NCBI GenBank assembly: GCA_951406725.2 | Contig: OX597821.1 | Coordinates: forward strand, 31,248,001-31,312,000 | From: Octopus vulgaris | Lineage: Eukaryota | Direction of reading: 5' to 3' | DNA length: 64,000 nucleotides | Part shown: positions 53,187 through 64,000 of the stretch, in pieces | Layout: each line of letters starts with the position of its first letter | How positions within the stretch are numbered: position 1 is the first letter of the stretch | Notes under the pieces: generated by a model | Databases searched by the model: none | What the model was told of the DNA's origin: nothing | Seen by the model: only the letters and a program-made list of their open reading frames with translations | Position numbers and translations under genes: made by a program

Positions 53187-54496
53187 GTGTAAAAGGACGT
53201 GATATATGCATTATTTTCGATCGGAAAATTTCGCAAAAAAACAGTATTTATTTTGATATTCTATCATGTCATTATGCACACACACACTGTAATTTATATA
53301 TACTAGATATATTTATGGGTGCGAGTGTATCTGCTTATATAATTATATTTCCACGTGGACGCATAGACACAAACACATATATACATAAATATTTATAACT
53401 ACAAGTATACGCGTATAATCATAGTACACCCTTATTTTCACATCTTATTTGTATCCTATTTTTACCGAGTCACCGATTTTAGCTACCAAATTAAGCACCC
53501 TACTTTCATGTTAGTGGCGGTGAGACTTTTCGCATTTCAGCTTCATTCTCTAATGCTGAACAGATATTTTCAATGCTTCCATATTTTTATGAATCAAAAG
53601 ATCATAGGATGTATACGTGATCTCCCCTTTTAAAGAATTATTCAACTTAAAACAGAAAATGTTACAGTAGTTTGTAGTTTCCTCACTTTGTAAGCTAATG
53701 GGATATTCCTCTCCCGATTGCCAATGAACAGGAAGGAGCTGTTTGATGTCTTTTTCTACTAGAGGACTTTCCTATCGATCCATCATGCACCGTCATTGGA
53801 GTGAGTTAACCTTCACAATGGAATATGGTTATTGGATGGATACCTTTAGTAGCAGCCCCGCCCAGAGACGAGCATCCAACTGGTGGACTGGTACATTAGA
53901 TTGAGACGATCAGGACGGCAAATAAGTATTGCAAGAACATTCCAATACAGTTTTAGAAGTGTCTATGCAGGATAAGCAACGATGAGAAAGAGATTGACAT
54001 TTGCCTAACCGCGAGGGAAGAAATCCATATCCAAGTGACAATTCTTAACAACTGCGAAGGGAGATAATTTTAAGGCAAACAGTTGTACATTTCACACGAT
54101 TGCTTTAAAAAATGTTGTGGGAAGTCTCTGTCATGAGAATAGTTATTCCGTGATGCAACCTAGCATCTTTTTCCTCTCCGATAAATATATATTCTCACTT
54201 CTATACCTTTACGAGATAAATACATTTCCTTTTAGAATGTGTACGATTTCCAACTAAAATCTGAATATGCAAAACGAGGGTATTAATGTCGAATCAGTCT
54301 TATCAGGAATAAATATATCAATATAATTCTATGTATTGAATTACTTGAATTTAGATATGACTAACTTTCTCCTATGTGGACCCCAAAAAAGTACATGCAG
54401 ACATATTTAGACATATATATTTAAATATATTTATGTGTGTGTATGCCACGCTGTTAATTTGTGCATTTATTCATCTCTCTCTCTCTCTCTGCCTCG

Positions 54497-54540
<44 letters not shown>

Positions 54541-54546
<6 letters not shown>

Positions 54547-56100
54547 ATATTTCGGAATGGTCATATTGCCAGTTTAGCCAATAAAAACACACGCACTATT
54601 TATTTGGTGTTAGTTTGCTTCAGTGTTATTTATTTTTTACATTAATCTTAATCTTATTTCGGTCAGAGTTCTTTCGTTACATTCCTGTGACCGCATCAGT
54701 AGTCCTTTGTTTTCTTCTTTCTTATTTGTGTCTCTCCTTACTAACCGTCAGCCATTTTGTATTTCTATTGTATGTCTTCATTTGCGCATGCTTATATCTC
54801 TATATGCGTCCGTGTTTATTTAGTGTGTGTTTGTGGGGGCATGCATGTAATATTTGTATCTTCTGTTTATATACGTTCATGTAATTTGTATTTTGTTTTT
54901 GTTCTTGTTGCTTTTGTTTATTATTATTTTCTTCATGTGTTTACATCCACTTATTATTATCATTACATATGCTTGTATGTATGTAAGTATGTATGTATAA
55001 CAACAATACTAGTAATAATAATAATAAATCGAATCGAAAAAAAATATATCTATCTATAGTTATTTATTTCTATTAGTTTATTTATCTGTGTATTTATGTT
55101 TTGGGGATCCTCTATCGTCATATGTTGTGGTGTTTGCTAGTGCTCCATTCTAGTTTACTATTCAGGCTAGGTTTATTTTCTATTATGTGTGTAGCTTCTG
55201 TAATTTGTCTGATTGTTGCATCTGTTCTATGTGCGGACAATATTTTAATTCATATATTGTTGATTGATTTCCAGTGTTCCTGTTCGGCCTCTTGGTACAG
55301 AATCGATGAGCTTTTACCTTCCTTGAGTTGTCTCCAATGCTCATTTACCCGCTCTCCTATGCTTCTTGCCGTTTCCCCTACGTATGTCGTTGTCTTGTTA
55401 CTGCATCGTCCCTCTATACATCTTATATTATAGACTACATTTCTGGCTTTACAGTTTGTTTGTGGGCTAAATCTACATACAGTACAGTACTTATCCGTAC
55501 AGAGGGTTCTACTAAAAGGATATGTTCTACTAATTATAGATTTGATAGGGTTGCCTGGCTATTCAACAACTTTAATTGTTAGCTTAAGTTTGTCTAGAGT
55601 CCTTCTAAAGCGGTACACCAGTTCACCTCCAAGGGTGGTGTCAATGAACATGACACTCTGGTATTTATGGCTATCATACCAAGAGTTAGCCTTCCCTATT
55701 TTCTTTTTTGTCCTTTCTATAGTGTTCCATGATTTGTTCCTATAGAGTGGGCATATCCCATTCCTATCATTACATAATATATCATCAAATTTCTTCATGG
55801 GTCCTTTGTATACTCTGATCCTTTCTTTATGGCTGTAACCTGAGAACTGCATGCGGTGAATGAAATATTGTATGTGTCTCTTTAACTCTGTGGGCTCGCA
55901 CATGCGTGACACATTTCTCATTATTCTGACAAGGTCTGCCATCAAAATATTGAATTTGGCATTGTTCGAAATTGCTGAGTTCCGGTGGATCAAGTATTTT
56001 GAGGCCATAGGTTTGGCATAGCATGAATGAAGGGTTTTTATTATTCACAATTTATAGCCAGAGTTCAGTGCCTAGTACTGGTAGTCTATGGCCCGGGTGT
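54541..56100 (-). mobile_element. 5'-truncated Penelope-like element (RT thumb, GIY-YIG, 3' terminus)
   Basis: KPMASKYLIHRNSA..LVRIMRN..MQFSGY..PLYR..IKVVE*PG..CTVC..NCKARNVVYNIRC..YVGETARSIGERVNEH..RQITEA..PSLNSK.EW. Confidence 0.9.
54661..54705 (-). ncRNA. Degenerate hammerhead at the PLE 3' end
   Basis: cta-CTGATGC-ggtcacaggaatgtaac-GAAA-gaac-TC-tgacc. A9 is mutated and stem I is weak. Confidence 0.45.
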
Positions 56101-56692
56101 TTAGTGGGGTAGTCTATATATGCATATATATATTATATGTACGCACATATATACACGAACACACACACATATGTACTTACAATTTGATTGTAAGATAGTG
56201 CATATATGAATATATATGTGTGTATATGTGTGTGTATGTATATTTATATATGTATATGTGTGTGTGTTTGTATGAGCGTGCGCGCGTGTGTTTGTACATT
56301 GAGAATAAAATTGGAAGATTAGCGACACACATTGCTTCAAAAGTATTTCGAATATTCACTGTACTTTCAAATAAATAATGCAAATACATAAAATTGCAAT
56401 TAATCGAGGAATATGATGAATAGTGCTGGTGGTGCTGCTTCGGAATTATTGGTGGTTTCTGATATATCCTCTGTACGAATCAATGTTTTCCTCTTATTTA
56501 CTAGATTTCTGGTAACGTTTTAGCATAGTATTTATGTGATGCTATTTATTCCTCTGCAGGTTCCCATGAATAAATACATTTTAAATATATAATTTATTTT
56601 CAAATACAATTATGAAGAGAATTTTATTCAAATATGTTGAAACACTCACATACATAGAAATATGACTTATAAAGATGCACGCATGTACATGC

Positions 56693-56752
<60 letters not shown>

Positions 56753-58119
56753 ATATTTACCTTCACACCGATCCTTTTCACATACATACACACACGCACA
56801 CAAACACGTATTTTCACAAATAAATATGCATACACACCCACGCACACACACGCATATAGTAGTTCTCCCTTCGAAGATGACGTATGAGTCTTCAGCGAGA
56901 AGGCGGGAAACTTTTATCCATGTAGACGATTAACGACGCACTCACATTACTATTACTTCTAAGCATCATTGTCCACAATAATTCTTCTGTGCCAGCAACT
57001 TCTCATGTGCGTTATCAGGCCACCAAAAGCAACACGGATACGAGCAAGACTCACCAAACCAGATGACGTGTTAATTGAGGATCCACAATATGGACAATGC
57101 TGGTTTTCGGGAAGGCTGTTGTTCTGTTTGTTTATTTTCCAGTTTTCCCGTAACTACTGGTGATGAAGCATCGTTTGTGTATCGAAATTTTGAATCTAGA
57201 AAAAGCACTCTCTGTTACATTCTGAACAGATTCTCTCAGTTTTCTTTTCTAATGCATTGGTGGATAAAATTAAAATTGAATGTGTCCTTCTATATTAAAG
57301 GTGGCCGACCTACATTACGTTTTTGAAATATCAAAGTCGTATGATTCTTATTTTTTATTTCCTATGTGGCGGGCTTTGGTCTGATGTTTTTTTTATATCT
57401 TACTACAAACAATAGGATTGCTAAAGAGGTATTTTGCTTTATGAAAATTGGTTTTGATCTTAACATCATTTCTCTTTTGAATACGGAAAATAAAGTAGTC
57501 AATCACGTGGCATTGGACAGGTTTTTCGATGATACCAAGTTATTTTGTGCCATTTTTGGACTGTTTTGAAAGTGGATTGGTGCAGAATCTCTAAACTCAC
57601 TGCACCAAAGTAGTAGGAGGAGTCCATTTCAATTTATTTTGTCAAAATCATGCTTAACAACAATATTTGGCCAAATTAGGCAATTTAATCCATCACCGAC
57701 ATTAAAATCTCGAAAAAGAAACCTGTTATCTTGATAAGGAATCTGGTTCAAAAATATTTATAAAGCGAAATAGATGTTCCTCTTTAGCAGTAACTGTAGA
57801 AAAAAATGTTCTTTTCATATGCACTTACTAATGTAGCATAATGTTATAAGCGACCTGGGATTCGAAATAAGATGATCATAAATTTCATTTAGTAAGGATT
57901 CTAGTTACTAAAAGCGAAAACCACACCAGATTTACCAAACTAGAAGAAAAATGTACCCCATTCAGCTGAACAAAATCTACTAGCCGTCTCTCCGAAAGAC
58001 CAGCGATATTAAAATGTTTACCTCTCAGAAACAGAGATACAAATGTTGTTTTGCGCCAGGATTTTTTATGTGGTCCTAGAGTGGGCGGACGTTCAGAGAT
58101 GCTATATCGTGTGTGTTTC

Positions 58120-58700
58120 ACTCCTCTTTTACCTTCGTTGTTCCCATATTTTTCGATTGATTATTTGTAACTCCAGTCTTTCACAATATAATGGCAAGAT
58201 TGGAGTTCGCGATTCAAGCCTCTTCTCCTTATCTCCTCAAAGACATACATAATCTCGAAACAGTTCAGAAGCTTGCTACCCGCATGTTTCTTAGTCTCAA
58301 GCATATGTCTTATGAAGAAAGGCTGAAGACACTCGAACTTTATTCTCTCGAAAAATGACGACGCCGTGATCTCATTCTCGCTCACAACAACATAAGCGGA
58401 AAGTGTAACCTCTCGAAAGAGGTGTTCTTCACTCCTGCTCCAGGGCATGGGATGCGGGTTCACTCTAAAAAGCTCTATCTACGACGATTTCATCTCAATC
58501 GAAGGTGAAGGGCTTTCTCCGTCCGGGTTGCGGATCTGTGGAATAAGCTGCCGGACGAGATAGTGAAGATGACGACGACCGCTCGAGTCAAAGTCTCTCT
58601 TCACCAGAAATGGCCTGAACTCTTTGTATGACCAACCTCCCTGTACATAACTCCATGCCCCTCTTCATGTCCTTGCTTTTGATTAAATTGATTGTGTGAG
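58120..58700 (+). mobile_element. 3' end of a CR1-clade LINE (RT C-terminus)
   Basis: RLEFAIQASSPYLLKDIHNLETVQKLATRM..LKHMSYEERLKTLELYSLEK*RRRDLI..FSVRVADLWNKLPDEIV. Confidence 0.9.
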
Positions 58701-59099
58701 CAAGCAAGTTACACAGCTCCTTTCCTAGATCCCTCCCAATACACTGAAAAGCAGTATTATCATACCTAGGTTGCTTTGGGGTTATGATTACTACCGAGAC
58801 AGTGAAATTGTTCATATAAGTTTGCACAAATGCAAATCTTAAGACAGGGACCTTCAGTGAGTTTCGTCACCTGACCTTTCGTTACCACGTTATCACCATA
58901 GGATTTCCTGTATTCTCATATTGTCACTGAATGACATCCACTATGAGTTGCTTAAATTGGATTTTGCTTATGCTGGACAAAACATACTCTCTCAACATAT
59001 GATTTTGTTCACCTGGTCTCCTGCACATTGTGCCACTTTTCAGGTTTATACAACGTTGTGTGGTGTTATATAATACCTGTAGCACTGAGAAGCGACGCA

Positions 59100-59283
59100 T
59101 ATATGTATGCATGCATGCATATATGTATGTATGTATGTTATGTATGTATATATGTATGCATGCATGTATGTATGTATGTATGTATGTATGTATGTATGTA
59201 TGTATGTGTATGTATGTATATATGTATGTATGTGTGTATGTGTGTATGTTTGTATGTATGTGTGTATGTTTGTATGTATGTAT
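59100..59283. repeat. (TATG)n microsatellite
   Basis: Direct reading. Confidence 0.95.
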
Positions 59284-59724
59284 ACTCTAAATTATTAACA
59301 CTGAAGAGAGAGTGTGCTGGAAGCTTTATTTCGGATAAAGCCTTCCGCAATAGCCATTTAGAATACACTAAACGTACACCGAAGAATTCATTCCAGCAAG
59401 AAAGGCGCACTACCCCTGATGACATCCGGTAGCCGCAAGCAGTGAACATGCTCTACGAGCACACTACACGTGTCATTCCCATAACAGGTTTTCGATACTG
59501 CACTTTAAAATCTACGTAAACTTTCATTTCAAATACAACTTTTTTTCGAGTAGCGTGCGTATTGTGAAAAAATTATATGGTTAATGTCCAATTTTTCGGC
59601 ATATTTGGCATTAGAAATGTTATCGTTTGCCCTTATTTATGAATTGTATGTATATATATATATATATATATATATAATGAGAGAAGGAGAGACAGACAGA
59701 GAGGGAGGGAGGGAGAGGAATATG

Positions 59725-59761
<37 letters not shown>

Positions 59762-59776
59762 TTACGTATGTATGTA

Positions 59777-61339
59777 CAGTGGGGGGAGAAATAAATATTC
59801 GTAAATGTCAAAAGTCTTTATTTATTTAATTTCTAATAAACATAAATGGGATATACCAAAACTATATTTGCGTACACATGTATAAACTAAGAATATGCAA
59901 AGGAAACTAATAAATTATAGTGAATAAGGAATTTATATTCAATTATAAATATTTAAATATTTAGGGATGAAAAAGTATTCGTACGGAACATAAATAAAGA
60001 TAATTCTGATTCAATATTTCGTAGCATAACTATTATTCAATTCTACTTCAACCAATTTCTTCTTGTAGTTCTTAATCAATGACACGCATGTTTCGTTATG
60101 AATTTTTTCCCACTATTCTTGACAAATTTTCTTCAAATCTGCAATGCACGTTGGGGCTCTTCAATGAATTTTATTTTTCAAATAACGCCACAAATTTTCA
60201 ATGGGGTCCAAGTCAGGTGACTTGCTTGGCCATTCTAATAATTTTATATTGTGAACGACAATCCATTTTTTGGTACGCTTCGCGTGTGCTTAGGGTCGTT
60301 ATCCTTTTGTAAAACCCACCTTCACAAATCTAGAGCTTTTCTACAGAGTCCCATAAATTATTGTTCAGAATATTTTGGTACATCTCTGCATTCATTCTAC
60401 CATCTATCACATGTAAATTGCCAGTAACATTTGCAGAGAAGCACCCCCACACCATGATGTTGCCACCTCCAAACTTTACGGTATATGTCTATGCGAATTT
60501 CGTCCAAACGATTCAATGTTCGACTCATTTGTCCATAGAGCTTTTTTCCAGAATGTATCAGATTTATCTTTATATTCATAAACAAATTTTAAACGGGCAT
60601 CTCTATGCATTTTAGTCAACAGCGGAGTTTTTCTAGGAGAGCGTGACTTCAGTTCATTCCAATGAATGTCATTGCTGATTGTTCACAGTGTAACGCTAGT
60701 CCCTGAAGCTAACAAATCTTGCAACTCCTTTCTGGTGATCGTTGCGTTTTTTTTAATTCGATTCTTCGCTTCATTTTTCTTAAAGATCTAGGAGAAATCT
60801 TGAGTGGTACACCGGATCTTATTCTGCTTTCAACAGTCCCCCGATTTTTTATATCTTTGAATAAATGAAGATATGGTAGGAAATGGAATACAAAGGGTCT
60901 CTGATATTTTCCTGTAACAGTTACCTCGTTTCCACTGTTCAATACTTAAGATTTTCACTGAATTTTTGAGTTCTTTACTTTTCGCCATTATTACGATACT
61001 ACTTTATGTTGTCACAGTGCTGAATGAAGAAGATAGTGTTTTGACACTTAAAAATGACAACTGATAAAATTGTTGGAAGAAACGAAAAAGTTCTAGTAAA
61101 AAAAAAAAATTAACAATATTTTATGGCATAGAAAATCATAAATTTATTCTTTACGAATACTTTTTTCACACCTAAATATTTATAATTGTATTAGTTACTA
61201 TAATTTATTAGTTTCTTTTGCATATTCTTAGTTTATGCATGTGTATGCAAATATAGTATTGGTATATCCCATTTATGCTCATTAGGAATTAAATAAATAG
61301 AGACTTTTGACATGTTCGAATATTTATTTCCCTCAACTG
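59777..61339 (-). mobile_element. Tc1-family DNA transposon with about 210-bp TIRs and a decayed transposase
   Basis: TA|cagtgg...ctg|TA. Long TIRs at 59777-59985 and 61150-61339. Confidence 0.92.
60010..60990 (-). pseudogene. Tc1 transposase pseudogene
   Basis: [59 protein letters not shown], with stops and frameshifts. Confidence 0.92.
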
Positions 61340-61376
<37 letters not shown>

Positions 61377-61377
<1 letters not shown>

Positions 61378-61625
61378 GTGGAGGTTCGTGGCTTAGTGGT
61401 TAGGGTGTCAGCATCATGATCGTAAGATTGCGGTTTCGATTCCTGGACCGGGCGACGCGTTGTGTTCTTGAGCAAAACACTTCATTTCACGTTGCTCCAG
61501 TCCACTCAGCTGGCAAAAATGAGTAGTGCTGCGATGGGGTGGTGCCCCTTCCAGCTGCGGAACTCATACGCCATAGAAACGGGGAAACCGGGCCCATGAG
61601 CCTGGCTAGGCTTTAAAAGGGCGCA
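61377..61625 (+). mobile_element. tRNA-derived SINE, family B
   Basis: gtggcttagtggttagg (A box), ggtttcgattcc (B box) and core cttgagcaaaacacttcatttcacgttgctccagtccactcagctggc. Confidence 0.88.
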
Positions 61626-61684
61626 TATATTATTATATATATATATATATATACGCGAGAAAGAAGCAACAAGAATGGATAAGT

Positions 61685-61776
61685 TTTTAGTACAATCGTT
61701 TCATACAAAGACAGGCTTTATTAAAAGGTTGCAAAAATTGCAGCATATAAACGTGTCCCGTACTCATCAGCTAAAA
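61685..61776 (-). ncRNA. Type I hammerhead ribozyme in the PLE 3' terminus
   Basis: ttttag-CTGATGA-gtacgggaca...tgtctttgtat-GAAA-cgattg-TA-ctaaaa. Confidence 0.8.
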
Positions 61777-61927
61777 TACATGTGAGTTCTCTAGACATCT
61801 TAGTGGTTGAGGCTATACTCATGAAGTAATGTAGATAATTAAGTAACATAAACAGATTTCCAAAGTTCATTAAAGTTCTTTAAAGATGATGTACAGTCTT
61901 ATCACAGATTTTTAAAAAAGTTTTAAT

Positions 61928-62216
61928 AGCATCACAGAGAAGGTGACCTAATCCATAGTGTACATATGAATTTCCAGAGATATGAGGAGGGATTACATAC
62001 TCACAGACGACAAATTTATCCATGGCTAATCACAACGAGGTGGGTCTCAATTCCTGCTTATTAGCATTACAGAGAGGGTGAATTAATCCTTTGTATAGAT
62101 GCACATTTTCCAATGGTGTAGATGTAAATTTCCAGAGAAATGAAGAGGAATTTCATATTCACAGACGATAAATTTATCAATGGTTGAACACAATGAGGTA
62201 GGTATCAATTCGTGCT
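61928..62216. repeat. Diverged tandem duplication (about 135-150 bp, two copies) in the PLE 3' region
   Basis: agcatcacagagaaggtga..aatttccagaga..tcacagacga.aaatttatc.atgg..tcaattc.tgct occurs twice. Confidence 0.85.
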
Positions 62217-63279
62217 ATATGATTAGGTATTTGCCACATTAATCACATTACTGCTATTTTCAAGAGACTGTAGCTATTTAACTTTTAAAGGCTGAAGGGC
62301 TTTCTAGAGATGCAAAGAACAGAAAGGGAAGGAAAGAGAGGAAAAGAGAGAAAATAAAGGAGGAGGGAGCAAAAAAGGGGGGGACTAAAAGAGAAGAGAA
62401 AAGGAAAAAGAAAAAAAGAAAAAAGAGAATAAGAAGAAGAAAAAGATAAAAGAGAAAAGAGAAAGAAAAGAAAAGAAAGAGGGAAAGAAGGGAGAAAAGA
62501 AAAAGAAAAAGAGGGTTCTAGTTATACAGAAGAATTAGTAGACGGCAAGTCTGGTTTAAATTTGCATTTATCTAGGAACTAGAGGAGAATATTATTCCTT
62601 GACCAGTAAAACAGCTAATTTGTTGCTGACGTGACGCCGTTGAAATCAGCTATGAATTTAAAGAGAATCTAAAGATATAACAAGGTCAGGGGTATAGGGG
62701 TCAAAGGCTAAAATCAAAAGAAAATACATTAGGAAAATCTAAGTATAATCTTATCAAAAAGTCATTAAAATTTATTTATTTAATTTATTCGTTTTACTGT
62801 CTTAAGGAGTTGCCGTTATTATTCATACATTGACGGACTACAGGTCAAATCTTAGAAGATCATTTACAAGGTGTTAGGGAATTGTCTATCATAATGAAGA
62901 TATTCATACTATCATCGAGGGAGTAGCCTTATTTATTTAATTTTGAAATAGAATTATGAGGCTTTAGTAACTTATTTTATTTAATTAAAGTTATGTTACT
63001 TAAATTAGATTAAGTTAAGAATTAAAAATTAAAAATTATAATTCAGATTTAAAATCAAGATTTAAAATTATGAATTTGAAATTAAATATTTGAAATTAAA
63101 TAAAGCCTCAATTAAGCAGCGTATAAGTACTATTTATTTCCCTGTTCTCAAAAAACTGATGCAGATATAAGGAAAAAGATAACTGTAGTGTGAGAACTCT
63201 TAGTTATCTACTTAAAGCAGTGCTATACTAGTAAAAATCAAGTTATATCTATCTATCTATCTAGTTACGAATATTCTAA

Positions 63280-63897
63280 TCATTTAAAATATTTTAAAGT
63301 CTTCAATTTAGCGTGGACACAAACTTGACCTAGTTCTATATGGTTATTCAATAAGTTTCTATGTTTTCTATGCTTTAGAATTTCATACGTCTCCATGGAG
63401 CATAGTTGGCAACCAACCCTGCTATTTTTATACGGAATTGCTCTCCTAACTATTTCCCAATTAAGGTTATAATTATTGTTATTATTTTTGAGTTCCCAGA
63501 TTTTGTTTGAAAGTGTGGTGGTACCAGCTTTATGACGTAATTTAAAAGACGAGATGTGATTTCTAACTCTGGCTAGAAAATTAATTGTACATCCAATGTA
63601 AAAATATTTGTTATTCTCAGTGGATATGGTACATTTATAGATTACGTTATTTTCCCCGCATAGACCAGGTGCCGGGCATTTTGATTTTATTCTACACTTA
63701 CACACAGGAGGAACAACTACAGGTTTTGGATCATTCTTGGGTAGATGTCTTAGGTTCCTATTATTTTGATTATCATGAGTATAATTGTCCTTATTGTTAT
63801 TAATATTTTTATAGTTGGTGCTGATATCTAAAGTATTGCTATTATTTATTGATCCTTCTGTTTCATCTTTTAGGTCTAAAGTCCTACCATGATTTTT
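63280..63897 (-). CDS. Penelope-like GIY-YIG endonuclease domain with an upstream Asn-rich linker (C-terminal part of the PLE polyprotein)
   Basis: CKCRIKSKCPAPGLCGENNVIYKC..FYIGCT..RVRNHISSF..TTLSNKIWELK..WEIV..CQLC..LLN..CVH. The frame is open from 63897; a stop at 63898-63900 is caused by a T-homopolymer shift. Confidence 0.88.
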   Translation of the reverse strand, partial: KNHGRTLDLKDETEGSINNSNTLDISTNYKNINNNKDNYTHDNQNNRNLRHLPKNDPKPVVVPPVCKCRIKSKCPAPGLCGENNVIYKCTISTENNKYFYIGCTINFLARVRNHISSFKLRHKAGTTTLSNKIWELKNNNNNYNLNWEIVRRAIPYKNSRVGCQLCSMETYEILKHRKHRNLLNNHIELGQVCVHAKLKTLKYFK

Positions 63898-64000
63898 TTA
63901 TATTATTGGTAATGTTACTATTATTGTTAGTCTTTTTATCCGACTGCATATTGTTGTTATAGATATCACTGATATTTTCATTCTCCGTATTTTCTCCATT

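Larger units (their letters stand above)
61654..64000 (-). mobile_element. Penelope-like element (Penelope/Poseidon-type), 3' part; continues beyond the window
   Basis: GIY-YIG ORF, about 1.6-kb 3' region and a terminal hammerhead, abutting a TA run. Confidence 0.88.

Noticed and set aside
59290-59475. GC-richer island with ctgaagag and ctgatgac motifs
   Set aside because: I could not complete a hammerhead or twister fold; origin unknown.
61377-61450. tRNA gene (also the heads at 29888, 36890 and 49920-49996)
   Set aside because: A and B boxes are present but continue into SINE bodies; no complete cloverleaf or acceptor stem.

Overview
AT-rich, microsatellite-saturated animal genomic DNA, intergenic or deep intronic. 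The SINE families resemble those I recall from octopus/cephalopod genomes; that assignment is from memory, not a search. I found no convincing host protein-coding exon, and nearly all long ORFs in the track are microsatellite translations. The window is a transposon graveyard containing: (1) about seven Penelope-like element (PLE; RT + GIY-YIG) remnants; (2) two R4/Dong-like RLE LINE 3' ends, a CR1 3' end, an RTE scrap and an ORF1-only gag-like element; (3) Tc1/mariner relics, a hAT MITE, a TTAGGG-carrying MITE and a non-autonomous Helitron; (4) about 12 tRNA-type SINE copies. The most notable signal is non-coding: six type-I hammerhead ribozyme motifs with intact catalytic cores, from five sequence-unrelated families, plus several degenerate ones. 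They sit in PLE pseudo-LTRs, in fold-back inverted repeats, and in a 355-bp direct-repeat-bounded, highly self-complementary unit (35396-35846) that looks like a retrozyme able to release a circular RNA. All folds were paired by eye and none was computed. Boundaries of degraded elements are approximate.
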